From Camelus dromedarius (lineage: Eukaryota), in the NCBI RefSeq assembly GCF_036321535.1, contig NC_087437.1, positions 10,046,001-10,110,000 on the forward strand: a stretch of 64,000 bases of DNA, in the 5' to 3' direction. Below, one piece after another: positions 12,928-25,091 of this stretch. A program made the translations under genes and the position numbers. The notes under the pieces are model-generated. The model made no database searches. It saw only the letters and a program-made list of their open reading frames with translations, and was not told the origin of the DNA. Within the stretch, counting starts at the first letter, position 1; every line of letters starts with the position of its first letter.

Positions 12928-13139
12928 AAAATCTTTGGTTCTCTCAGTATGGTAAGAAGAGGCTGGATTTGTTTTCTCATGTAGACCTACCCTGGCCGTG
13001 CTGATTTTCTTCTTGAAGCAATGTTCCCAAGCAAGTTGGACCCTGTTAGTTCCACCTCACATAAAGGGACAGCCACAGTCCAGACTGATGGGAATTTGAT
13101 GAAAAGTCAAAGGCAATACCATCCATAAGAACACCTTCC

Positions 13140-13345
13140 ATGTATCAAACACTTTCTATGGACCATATACACTGTGTCCATCATGGTTTCCCATTCAGGA
13201 CAACAATGAGGTTCTTGCAAGGCAGGTACTATTAATGGCATTTTCTAGATGGTTAAACTGATACTTACAGCATTTAAGTAACCTTCGCAATTGAATACAG
13301 CTTCTCAAGATGGAAGATCTGAGATTCAAATAGAATTTTGCTTGA
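13140..13345 (-). mobile_element. MIR
   Basis: cattttctagatggttaaactga...agtaaccttcgcaa...gagattcaaa antisense MIR core. Confidence 0.6.
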
Positions 13346-13635
13346 ATACAAACCCCTGACCCTTTTTTTAATGCACCTTGCCCCTGAACCCAGGAGAAAT
13401 GCTGGAGGCCACCTAAGCCACCAGGGGATATATCGATGCATCTTCCTTTTTGCTATTTTGAGGATGGCTTCACTGGTCCTCCATCAGGTGCAAGTAGGTC
13501 AGAATGTAAGCACCTCAAGTGTGAAACAAACCTCCCTCGCATGAAGTGAGAAGAAACTAATGAATCACCCAGGCTCCCGCTGGCAAGGCATGGTCTTCAC
13601 ACCTGTTCAGGGGAAAATGAGCAACAAAGCACCCC

Positions 13636-13638
<3 letters not shown>

Positions 13639-13681
<43 letters not shown>
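13639..13681 (+). repeat. (CA)n microsatellite
   Basis: About 21 uninterrupted CA units. Confidence 0.98.
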
Positions 13682-13685
<4 letters not shown>

Positions 13686-14519
13686 GTAAAAATTGCCATC
13701 TTTACAAATGTGCTCCTTTGTGGCTTCACGGGATATGCATTTTCTTCTATTAAAAATATGAACACCATTATTTCTAACTATAATCCTCATTTTTCTCCAC
13801 TCCAGGTTGCCAAGCATTCAGGTCAAGGAACTTTCTTGTCTAAACTTGTTTCAAACCAAATAGTTCCTTGGGGATGGATAGCTGTGATTAAACCTGGCAA
13901 CTATTAGAAACCGTATGAAAAGGAGGCTGAAATGAATGTTATTATGTTACAAATCTCTGCCATTCTATTCTTTGTGCCTTTGCAACAATTTCTTAAAGGT
14001 TGTTATAACAATTATATTGGGGCTGGCTATAATTATAAACACAGAGAAAAATAATGAAAGCAAAACACACCAAATACCCACAGTAATTTGAACATTATCA
14101 TTGCTGCTGCAGTGTGTGTGCTAGAAAATGCTTCGTAAAAGGCTTGAATTTTTAAGGTAAGTTTTTTAATCTTTTGGTTATTATCTGGTGCTTCACAAAA
14201 GCCAGTGGTAATAAGGAGCCCAAATTGAGTGCTAACAACTTTTTGGACCTTAGGAAAAGCACAACTACAGTAACACAAACCACAGCAGCATGCATGCAAA
14301 GAACTCTACAATCATTACACATATCACTACAACTCCTATGAACTGAAATTATAAATATGCACCAAACATATCTAGGAAAAATTAATTAATCTCATTGGAC
14401 AGACAGGTTTATGCAAATCAATAAAGTATAGATTCTAATCATTTTTGGAAATGCCATATAACTAACCTCTATAGATTTATCTTCTAAAAAAATGTATGTA
14501 CTGCTCTGAAAAAAACAGC

Positions 14520-14645
14520 TCAAGAGTTAGTTCCGTCATTTATCAGATCTGAGACCTTGGGCAAATCTCTTGACCTGTTAAAGGCTCAATTTTTCTTATC
14601 TACCTAGCGAAAGTAATAGTAAGGATAAAAGGAATTAAATGCAGG
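14520..14645 (+). mobile_element. MIR fragment
   Basis: gaccttgggcaaatctcttgacct...ctcaatttttcttatct. Confidence 0.6.
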
Positions 14646-14710
14646 CAAAGAAAAATAAAACCAAATGTCACAGCTGTGGGCTGCTAAGAAAAAGAAGGCT
14701 TTGTCTCACC

Positions 14711-15207
14711 TGTGAACGAAAAATACTGCAAACCATATCAGTGAACAAAGAATGCTGAAGCCATCAAGCCATCAGCGGCTGCCGCCACCCCCCAGTGAAG
14801 ACAAGCCTGCAGCTCAGCCTTTGCAGCCACTCACAGTGGTGCACCCTGAGGGGACCCAGAATGAGAAAGGACAAGATACTGGCCCTAGATGGCTAGGTGC
14901 TTGTCAAAGGAATGAATTCAATGAGCCCAAGTGTTTGCTTCCTCCCATACATAGAAAAGCACTAAATTCTTTAATTTGAGATGCCTGGTTTTGTTTAGTG
15001 TTACAAGTCATCTTTTATTGTTCCAACTACCTGGTCTTTGTTGTAAAGCTTCTGTATATCCCAGCTCCTCCCCTACCTCTTTGGAGCAGTCCCTCAGAGC
15101 AATCTGAGGGGCTGTCACCCGGCTCGAAGGGGTTTGAGTCCTCAGAAATGTCCGCCAAATAAAACGTAACTCTCAATTTTTAGGCTGTGCATTTATTTCA
15201 GTCGACA
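14711..15207 (+). mobile_element. ERV1-class solo LTR (artiodactyl family, ALTR2-like), copy 1
   Basis: TG...CA termini (tgtgaa...gtcgaca), AATAAA near the 3' end, perfect 4-bp TSD CACC/CACC. Confidence 0.92.
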
Positions 15208-16219
15208 CACCAAAAGCTGAGGATGTCATTTGGAGCACAAAATACTGAAACCAGCTCCCCGGTGAGTGGGTTGGGGCACATTTGCACTTGAGGCAAAACA
15301 AGGTTTTTTTCCCTGAGTATAGCCTTCATCTCCCAGGACCAATTTATCTTTGAGTTCCCAGACACTGGTCACTTTAGGAAAATGAGCAAAACAAGGGACA
15401 ACCTATCCTTAAAAGTAAGCCAAAAGAGTCAAATAAATAGTCCAATAAATTACAAGTGAATTTCTTTCACACTGTGAACTTCCACTTGGAATTATAATCC
15501 CATTTTCTGTACCATATTTTAAAGGGACATTATTTACAGCTGAATCTGTAGACTCTGACTAGGCAAACTGCAGGCTTCCAAAATCCTACAAAGAGCCTAT
15601 TATTCCAAAAATTCTAGAGAAATCTCGTGTGCCCAGTATGTCTTAATAAAACACCAGGCGTCCGTTGGTTAATAACATACAATATTTCACTATCATCTGG
15701 TCTCCTCTTTCTCTTTTTCACCCCATCTTTAGCAGTTACCATCCAACACCTTTCCCATCTGTGGACCACAATGGAGTTGTCCTCTTTGGGGTGATCTCTT
15801 TGGTCCCTCCTAGGTGATCAACACACATGATTACCTGAGAACACGTGGATCTGAACACAAATGCAGCATCTCCCGCAGACACAGGCAGCCACCCACACGG
15901 AGACCAAAAGACATTAAAATTAGTCAGCTGTATCGAGCTGGCCCGGCTCCTGCCACTTACAGGAACAGAGTGTGTGCTCGCAAGAACACTGAAAATTGCA
16001 GCCATTCATTCTCAGGCTATTTGGCATTTTCGATCTCTCACAGATCAACCGCTACACAAGGACAGACTGAAACCTGCCACTGAGCTGGAAAGCAAGACTG
16101 CAGCCCCACGCTTCCTCCAGACAGACCCCCAGGCCCGAGGCGCAGAGCCTGGGCTGGGGGTCACAGGCTGCTGCAGCTGTGGCTGTCAGCGCACCTTCCA
16201 GATGTCAGTATCCTATTGG

Positions 16220-16693
16220 TGTCGACTGAAATACACGCACAGCCTGAAAGTTGAGAGTTACGTTTTATTTGGCGGACATTTCTGAGGACTCAAACCCCTT
16301 CGAGCCAGGTGACAGCCCCTCAGATCGCTCTGAGGGACTGCTCCGAAGAGGTAGGGGAGGAGCTAGGATATACAGGAGCTTTACAACAAAGACCAGTTGA
16401 AACAATAAAAGATGACTTGTTAACTAAAGTAAACCAGGCATCTTAAGTTAAAGAATTTAGCTCTTTTCTATGTATGGGAGGAAGCAAACATCTGGGCTCA
16501 TTGAATTCATTCCTTTGACAAGCAACCAGCTATCTAGGGCCAGCATCCTGTCCTTTCTTGTTCTGGGTCCCCTCAGGGTGCACCACTGTGAGTGGCTGCA
16601 GAAGATGGGCTGGGGGTGGCGGCAGCCCCTGACGACTCTATGGTTTCAGTGTTCTTTGTTTACTGATATGGTTTGCAGTCTTTTTCATTCACA
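16220..16693 (-). mobile_element. ERV1-class solo LTR, same subfamily, copy 2 (inverted relative to copy 1)
   Basis: Reverse complement aligns to 14711-15207 along its length; TSD TTGG/TTAG. Confidence 0.92.
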
Positions 16694-17081
16694 TTAGCAT
16701 GACCAGAAATAACGTAAACTTGATGAAACTGAGGTCCCTCTTCTTTCATATTTATCACTGCTGCCCCTGCTACTCTTGGCCATGGAGTGTCCTGCCTGCA
16801 GATAAGAAAGAAGTAGATCTAGCCTCTCTGATGGTTGGTTTATATCTTTCTTTATTCATTCTCATGATGTACATGTTTAGTTGATTTCATCTCAGAAACT
16901 CAGCGTTTCCCATAGTAACACGAGCCTTCTCACTGGGTGTTTATGGACCAGACAGTGAACAATAGATCTACTGGGTCGAAAGACCTGGATGGAGCCCCCA
17001 CCATGGACCATGCATCAGGAATTTTCTGAAATCATTTCACAAAATAATAGAAGAGAAACCCCATACTCTGCATAGGTCATT

Positions 17082-17561
17082 GGCTTAGTTTTCCATTGTT
17101 GCTGTAACAAGTTATTATAAATTTAGGGGCTTAAAAGAACACAAAGGGATTATGTTGCAATCATGAAAGTCAGAAGTCTGAAATCAGTCTCAGGGAGCTA
17201 AAGTCAGGGAGTCAACTGAGCTGCATTCCTCCTGGCGGCCCCGCAGGGGTGGGGATCATCCCTGAACTTTACCAGCTTTTAGAGGCTGTCCTCATTTCTT
17301 AACTCGTCCTACATCATATTGCCTACCATCCCGGCCTCCCTGCCACCATCCTTAGATTACCTTCTCTCCTTGTCTCTGATCCTGCTGCCTCCCTCTTGTA
17401 AGGATCCTTCAGGGTAAGCCAGGAAAATCAGGGGTAATCTCCCCCTCTCAAGATCCTTAATCCTATCTGCAAAGTCCCTTCTACCGTATGAGGGAGGGCA
17501 ATCACAGGTCGAGGGACCAGGATGTGCACATTTTCACTGGGCCACTGTTCAGCCCCCCCAC
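17082..17561 (-). mobile_element. MLT1 (MLT1D-like) MaLR LTR
   Basis: ttgctgtaacaagtta...gtcagaagtctgaaatcag...atctgcaaagtccctt...cagcccccccaca. Confidence 0.85.
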
Positions 17562-17724
17562 AGTCACCAACCAAGTGAAGCCCCTTTTATATGGGTCCTT
17601 ATTTATTAAAACTGTACATGAATTTAGGAGAAATACCATTTACAGAATAGAAAAAAATATTTGCATAGTAGACAAAACCCTCTGGACTTGTTCCATTCAC
17701 ACCACTCCTACAGAAAATGATGGA

Positions 17725-17955
17725 TTTTACTGGTCTGATGTGAATTTAATTAATTGCAGGTGTACAGCAAAGCAATTCGGTTACACATATACCTACACAT
17801 ATATACATATATTTTCAGATTATTTTTGATTGTAATTTATAAGATATTGAATATAGCTCCCTGAGCTATACAGTAGGTCCTTGTTGTTTATCTATTTTAT
17901 ATACAGTAGTGTGTGTCTGTTCATCCCAAACTGCTAACTTACCCCTATCACCCCC
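17725..17955 (-). mobile_element. Artiodactyl-type L1 3' end fragment
   Basis: caggtgtacagcaaag...gctatacagtaggtccttgttgtttatctatttt. Confidence 0.85.
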
Positions 17956-18960
17956 TGAAAAGGTTTTTAAGTGAGGGAATGACATCCACAAACCAGGCTT
18001 TTAGAAAATTGGGACATTAACTGGAGGAAGAATTGGAGTGAGAAGACACTGAAGACGAGGAGGAGATACTGAAATGTTTCCAGGGAAAAGGATAAGGATG
18101 TTTATTTAGGAGGGTTTAGATATATCATCTGTATAAATGTTTGAGTTTCACCATTAGATGTGCAGTCATGGCCCCCTGGCAGGCATACAAGGAGCCGTTC
18201 AAGCAATATGCACCTTTGTTATAAAAATAAAGGAAGAAACAGCCCTCTCTGGAAATCTAAAATATGTCTACAGAGGCGAGACAAGGCAAAGTGTAATTTA
18301 AACACCCTGATACAAAATCAGGTAAAACAGTAAAAGAGTAAATGAGCAAATAAAATAGAGGTGAATGTGTAAGGAACTGATAAGGATGTTTCTACTGGCA
18401 AAGGTATTAAATTAACAAAAAAAAAAAAGAAAGAAGGAAAACTAGCTTTTGTGAAGGAAAAAGTCACTTGGTGCACAGTTTCGTTTTGTTTTACAAAAGA
18501 AAGAAAGGTATTAAAAAAAAATCATTTACAGCCAATTGAAAAGTAGACAAAGCAGAGGCCCCTGCCTGGAATTTCAGAGAGGTCTGATTTGCACGTATAA
18601 AATGTGCAGATTAAATAGCGACCAGAAAATTAAATTCCTTGTAAAAATTGTTAGAGTTCCAATAAATAAAGCCATCATTGAAGGAGAAAATTACTGAGTA
18701 GGTAGAGGAACTCTAGGGCCATAAAGGATGCTAAATAAAATCTATTAGCAACCATAGGAACACACACGCATACATACACAACTGTTTGTGTGCTCAGCAG
18801 ATATTTACCGAGCACCTTCTAAGGATGGAGATACAGCGATGGATAAAACTGATGGAAATCCCTGTCCTCAGGAAGCAATCATTCTCATTCCTTTTACAAT
18901 CCACTTGTTCTTTAATGTTGCCATCTTACTCCCCCTGCCTAACCTCCCCATCATGAATTC

Positions 18961-19507
18961 TGTAGGAGAACAAAATTCGCCACCCCCAACGTCAGATTAT
19001 TTCCAGGTGAAAACAGTCAAGGCTCAATAAGATGCTGGAAGAACCTCTGACCTCCCCCCGCAACTACCTAAAGCATGTAGATAGAGGGCATGTTTCAGGA
19101 AGGGAGCATCACCAGAGATGACTATAGTATGAAGTAGGCGTGTGGACTGAGCAGAACCTAGCAAAGTCTGTTTGTCAAAATTCCTGTCTGTGTCCCACTG
19201 TCTCTGCATGGCCCCACAAACGTTTGTTTACCAAACACTTGCTTTTTCATCTCCAGGTCAATTGCCTTCCTCTCCTTTAAAGTCCCCAGTCCCTACCCAC
19301 AGCGTCGTCTTTGGTCTTTACTTGAAGATGGTGAATAAGGTGAGGGTTTCAGTCATTTTGGCGAGGTATTCAGTTTTTCTGGGTCTCTCTCACATATGCA
19401 CATTATTAATTTTTATTTTCTCCTGTTAATATGTCTCATGTCAGTTTAATTCTTAGACCAGCCAGAAGAACCTAGAAGGGGAGAGGAAATTTTCTTTCTC
19501 GCCAAAA
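18961..19507 (+). mobile_element. ERV1-class solo LTR (MER34/MER39-like)
   Basis: tgtaggagaac start; ttttctcctgttaatatgtc...ccagccagaagaacctagaagggg...ttttctttctc end typical of this group. Confidence 0.75.
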
Positions 19508-19519
19508 ATCTCTTACTAT

Positions 19520-19977
19520 TGTTGACTAGAAAAAAAAAAATGCACAACCCAAAAGTTGAGGCTTGTGTTTTTTATTCTGCAGACTCACTGAGGACTTAAG
19601 CCTGTCAGGCAGCCTCTCAGATAGCTCTGAGACACTGCTCTGAAGAAGTAAGGCTGGAGCCAGGAGACGGAGGAATTTTTGCAACAAAAACCAGGTGGTG
19701 GGAACATCAAAAATTACTGTTAATTAAAGAAAACTAGACATTTCAAGTTAATGAATTTAGAACTTTTCTACGTATGAGAAGGTGCAAGATTCTGGGCTCA
19801 TTGAAATCATGCCTTTGATATGCACCTTAACTATCTGGGGCCAGTCTTCTGTTTTTCTCCAAACTGAATTCCCCCGGGGTGCATGGTTAGGGTGGGCGGG
19901 CAGCTGCAGTGGCTGATGGCTTGATGACCGCAACACCCTTTGTTTACTAATATGGCACGTGACATTTTTCATCCACA
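19520..19977 (-). mobile_element. ERV1-class solo LTR (ALTR2-like), copy 3
   Basis: tgttgact...atccaca termini, homologous to copies 1 and 2, TSD CTAT/CTAC. Confidence 0.9.
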
Positions 19978-20009
19978 CTACCCCACCTCACCCTTCTGTT
20001 CCCCCCAAC

Positions 20010-20325
20010 CCTATTTTTCTCCATTTCCTTGCTTCCAACAGGCCTAACAATCTGGCCGTTATGTTCCTCAAACACTTCAAGCTTATCCCTAGTTTAGAGT
20101 TTTTCTCTTGTCCTCATCTGCCTGGCAAGACATCTCCAGATACTCACATGATGGTTCCCTGGGCCCTGCAAGCTCAGTTCAAGTGTCTTCCCTTCGGGGA
20201 CACTTTCCAGGCTGCACTAATTCAGAGAGCTTATCACTTCAGAATTATTAGTTTATATCCTCTGAGCTCCGTGAGTGAAGGAACTGTGACGAGAACATTC
20301 AACAGTGTATATGCCCAGCGTCTCT
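20010..20325 (+). mobile_element. L2 3' region, interrupted by an LTR and resuming at about 20809-20885
   Basis: tgttcctcaaacacttcaagc...gctcagttcaagtgtc...tgagctccgtgagtgaagg; the tail gtgcttgatggacagg...ttgttaaatgg follows the LTR. Confidence 0.6.
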
Positions 20326-20808
20326 TGAGACAGGAGGGCAGGGGGCAGGGCACAACCATTAAAAGAATGACACAGCCATTGAGGATGTGACACATCTACT
20401 GGTTAGAACCAAGGAGGCCCAAGATGGCAGGAGGTTTGACTTCCAGCAGACTTGAGCCTCATTATACACTCACTGTGATACGTTACTTGCTGTATGGCAC
20501 ACCCACAGGTGCCATGACAGCTCCCAGGCTGACCGTGAAAGGCCCCCAGGTGGGTGGGGCCCAATTCCTGGAAATCCCTCCCTTCCCCCCAAATAGCTGG
20601 AATAACCCTCCCACTTGTTAACATATGAAATTACGCGGTCCCTAAAAACTAACCACCCCACACCTCAGGGCCGCCTCTCTTGCCTTCTGAGAGGGACCAC
20701 ATTCTGTGTATGGAGTGCGTATCTCCCTGAGTAAGTCTGCTTTCACTTTACTATGGCTCGTTCTTGAATTCTTTCCTGCACGAGACAAAAAGCTACTCTC
20801 CAGCAACA
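20326..20808 (+). mobile_element. MER41-like ERV1 solo LTR
   Basis: ccaagatggc, ctcattata, gccatgacag, tatggagtg and tgctttcactttactatggctcgttcttgaattctttcctgcacgaga blocks are colinear with MER41 as recalled; tgagac...gcaaca termini. Confidence 0.8.
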
Positions 20809-21649
20809 TTATGAGTGCTTGATGGACAGGAGATGTTAAAAAAAAAAAAAAAAACAACAAAAAAAAACTACTTGTTAAATGGCTGCAGTGTGTGTGTGCG
20901 TGGTTTAGTGGGAGATGGTCACACTAGACCATTGCAACTTAGCCAATTACACAGCCATTTGGGTCCAAAGAAAGATCAGCGATCAGCTCTTTCTACCAAC
21001 CCCTGCTGCGTATGCTCTGCCCCGTTCAGCAGGTTCTCAAATAAACCACTGGTGTCTGGTGGCAGCGTGTAACGTTTGTGTGGCCTTTTGGACCCGATAA
21101 TGTTTAAACTACACGTGCTGAGGTTCACGCACATGGGTAAGATGCCATCTGAGCCGGGAAAACACACTCCCGCATCTTCCATCACCCTGTTGATTGCCAG
21201 GTGCTGCGCTCACATGTGCTGGCTTTTCAATGAACCATCTTTTTGTCTGCCAGCTCAGAAAGACAGCCTCTGCTACATAAATGTTCCTGGCAATCAACCT
21301 GGGGTGCGACAAGTTGCTTATAAAGGAAAGAAGGAAAAAACAAAAACAAAAACCAGACAAACTGCCTCTCAGCCTCTATTTTTGTGATAGAATGGAGGGC
21401 TTTAGATGCTTTCAGAATGATTACAATTTGTATAGACTAGTGGGATTGGAATGTAAAACTAAAATACAAAAGCATACAAAGTAGCATTCATTTTAGACTA
21501 AAATAAAGGGCAGTGTCACAGATACTGCCATCCCCATCCTTGCCCTCCTCTGAACAGGCTGAAAAGTGGGAGAGTGGGGCTCCCCTGCCCACACGGAATC
21601 TCCCCTGCAGACCCAGAGAGGAGGCAGCAGAGACGCGGTGCAAGCCAGC

Positions 21650-21730
21650 GGGTCACGTGACCCTGGGCAGTATCTTCGTGACTCATCCCCTGTGTTCCCA
21701 TCCGTGAAACGAGAAAGTTGGAGAGGAACT
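21650..21730. promoter_or_regulatory. Candidate enhancer motif cluster
   Basis: GGGTCACGTGACCC palindrome (21650-21663), TGACTCA (21679-21685), GAAACGAGAAAGT (21706-21718), GAGGAACT (21723-21730); motif evidence only. Confidence 0.4.
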
Positions 21731-22914
21731 CTGTAGTTCCCATCCATTCTAGCATTCTAGTAGCTTGTCTTTTATAACCTGAAGAAATCACACATGGGGG
21801 AAAAAAGACACATTTTTCTCCTTTCAATGAGAATCAAACGTGATTTCTATTGAGATTAAAAAAGACCAAATAGAACGTGGCCCGTTCTCCCTGTTCCTGG
21901 TTTTCCCAGTAATATGTTTTCAACCTACTTCTGTATAATTCGGGACCTAAAGATATTTCCTCCCAATTTGCACCTTGCAAATGTGCTACTTTATAGCATT
22001 TATATTTTTAATGACTAAGTGTGTGTTTTCTTTAAGAAGCTGTGTTGGGTGCAGAGACCACCATAAAAGGACATCTGTGTTTGTTTTTTTTTTCCTCAGG
22101 GATTTGAGACTATAAATATATAAATGTGTGCAGATTTTTTTTTAAGTTGAGGTTTATATAATATTATATAGAGACTATCTGCCTTAAGACAGCTTCCTTT
22201 ATGACCCCTATATTTGTAGGTATTTTTTAAACTTAGAATTGCAACACTGATCAAAGTTCACATATACCATTGTGCAAAGATGGATACTAAATTACCCATT
22301 CCACCGCGGGATATAGGAAATTTATCTACAGCACGTTTGCACAGTGAAAACATTTATTTTATAATTGGCTTTTTATTTTCGTAGATTTTTATCAATGTTT
22401 GAATTTCTTTTGCACTAAACTATATTTGAAATGGGTAACATAAAACATGGCCCATAAAATTAAGCCCGTCCCCACAAAAGTTGATGAAATCTTTTATTTC
22501 TGAAATTAATGCCTGATGATTCGAGTCAACATGAATCAAGAATGAAGAATAATGAACCCACCACTCTTGTAGGATTAACTGTCCCATTCTGCAGTGAGCA
22601 CCTCTTCCAAGGCAAGGAAAAAGATACTTGGAGCCAGGCCAGTAGAGAGTCTAGGATAAGACCCGATGGGAAAATTTTTATTCTATTTTCCTAGAATTAG
22701 ATGATGTGATTTACTCTTCCTCTAAACAACAACATTAAACAGGCTTGGTGACACTGACACCACAAAGCTTTTAGCGAAACAAGAGAAGTTGGTGGGTCCG
22801 GCATCAGAGTTCAGTCCTAGATCCATGAGTGGAATCTGGGAGAAACTCTGCCCTGAATTTGGTCAGGATTTTAAAGACTTTGCATCGTGTACTGGCAAGT
22901 AACACTGAAACTGT

Positions 22915-23370
22915 AACAAATGATGTCAGGTAACAGCCACAGTAAAGATAGATAAATTAGACTACATCAACATTGGAAACTTCTGTGCATTAAATAAAGG
23001 ACACAGTCGGCAGAGGGAAAGGGCAACCTACAGAATGGGGAAAATATTTGCAAATCGTATATCTGAAAATCACCAAGTAAGTAAAGAACATGTGCAACTC
23101 AGCAACAATAAAAAAGCAAACGACCCGATTAAAAAAATTGGCAAAGAACGTGTATAGACATTTCTCCAAAGAAGGAGTTCAAATGGCCAAGAAGCACAGG
23201 AAGAGGTGCTCGGTGTTACTCACCATTAGGGAAAAGCAAGTCAAAATCGCAGCGAGATAGCTCCTCGCACCCATTAGGTTGGCTAATACCAGGAAAAGAA
23301 AATAACCAGTGTTGATGAGAATGTGGAAAACGGGAATTCTTGTTCCCTCTGAGTGGGAATGTAAAATGAA
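22915..23370 (+). mobile_element. L1 (L1MB-like) ORF2 C-terminal fragment
   Basis: aaattagactacatcaac...aaaatatttgcaaatcgtatatctg...agacatttctccaaagaag...gggaatgtaaaatg. Confidence 0.85.
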
Positions 23371-24006
23371 TATACTATGGCAGTGTTCTTCACCCAGAGT
23401 TTTGTTACAGTATTTCTCTACTTTTCCACTTTTACTTGAGAGGATGGGGATGGAAACTAAAAACCATGAGCAGTGCAGGAAATTTTATATACTTTATTCC
23501 ATATAATCTCTCCGACAGCTGTGTAATGTGTTCAGATTTCCCTTCTACCAATAAAACTGATGTACAGAGTTTGAGTAATTGACTTTTATCGTGGAGTGAT
23601 TCTTGGCCTTATTGGATTCAAGTTTTTCTTGTAAGTTCCTACAAGCTTTTTTGGAAGTAAAGAGAATACGTAAATAAATAATGTAAACCAGTCATTTCAA
23701 CATCAAAATGTCATTTTATTTAGTGCTGAGCACTAAAGGCTGGAGGAACATTAGAGACAGAAGGAAATCAATCAGCTCTCTAGCTCTGTCCTTGACAAGC
23801 GAGGCCCAGGGAGGTGACCCAAATGACCCAAAGCGTATGATCGGCCCTTGGCTGCATTTCCATCTTCCTTTTCAAAAACAGAGTGGAATCATCCTTTGTG
23901 GTTCATTTTTACTTTCTGTGCAAGGATCTCACTGCCTGTTAGTCTCAGGATCTGTGACCTCCTAAGGAAAGAATGAACATGAGATTTAAACATACTAAAA
24001 AGATCA

Positions 24007-24143
24007 GGGGGAGGGTGGAGCTCAGTGGTAGAGCACATGCTTAGCATGCATGAGGTCCTGGGTTCAATCCCCAGTACCTCTATTATAACATTAAAAATAA
24101 GTAAATAAATAATCTCAATTACCCCCTCCCCTGACCACAAAAA
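24007..24143 (+). mobile_element. tRNA-Ala(AGC)-derived SINE (vic-1-like)
   Basis: tRNA-like head, A/B boxes, A-rich tail; 23-bp TSD atttaaacatactaaaaagatca (23984-24006) / atttaaacatattaataagatca (24144-24166). Confidence 0.95.
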
Positions 24144-24748
24144 ATTTAAACATATTAATAAGATCAATTTGTACTAGAGCATAGTACCACTATATGAATA
24201 ATAAACATTCAAACTTTATGTGCAAAAGTCATTCTTATTATTCTTCAAAACACTTTATTTTAAATTACCCGCTGTTACCATAATAAGATCTCTAATCTCC
24301 AGGCTTGTTAGCTGTTTTCCTTATATCCTTGAGAAAAAAGCACTAATTTAAATTGATACCTGTTACCATCTAATTTACGTCTAGAATTTGTCTTAAGGAA
24401 ATCAATAGGAAACATATAAAACAAGTATGTATAATAATGTTAATAAAAGTATTTGCTTTTTTGAATGCAGAATGTTTTTTAAAAAAAGATACAGTGGGAA
24501 TCAGGTGAAGTGTCCAATGATGAGAGATTACTGAAATGATACGCAAAGGAATTGAGAAAAGCAATCAAAACTCATGATGCAGGGCTCTATTGCTTGCACA
24601 GATAAAAGATAATCCCATTTATCTAAACAAACAGATATTGTTAAGCTTTAAGATATTTGACAAGCTTTTATGCTTCTCAAATACCTAAAAGAATATTCTC
24701 AAATGCATTTGGAGTTGTCTCTATATGACAGAACGAATGAGTTACTAC

Positions 24749-24752
<4 letters not shown>

Positions 24753-24786
<34 letters not shown>
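24753..24786. repeat. (TA)n microsatellite
   Basis: About 17 AT units. Confidence 0.97.
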
Positions 24787-24788
<2 letters not shown>

Positions 24789-25091
24789 TCTTTTTGCACT
24801 TTTTACAAAGAAAAGGTAACATTTTATCATCAGTAAAAGGTCAGTTAAGCTATTTCTATCCAGGAAAAGTTAACTATTTAAATACCTGTCCCAAATCAAC
24901 TTACTATAATGAACTTGGCTTGAAAATCCCCAGCAGTCATCACAGATTTTTACAAACATTCATGATGCACTAATTGAAAAAAAATAAACAAATGAAGTCA
25001 GTCAGCATAATTAAAAGTCTTTATGTGATATCTTATGATTCAGTGAGATATATTCCATATTTCTCTGATTTTACTTTGTTTTCCTTGCCTT

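Noticed and set aside
14711..16693. A provirus or composite transposon bounded by the two LTRs
   Set aside because: The LTRs are inverted, each has its own TSD, and the spacer shows no primer-binding site or gag/pol remnant that I can see.
21046..21067. CTCF site (tctggtggcagcg)
   Set aside because: Only the 3' half of the core motif matches.
6533..24143. The three tRNA-like sequences as true tRNA genes
   Set aside because: They have A-rich tails, TSDs in two cases, defective acceptor stems and no T-run terminator, so they are SINEs.
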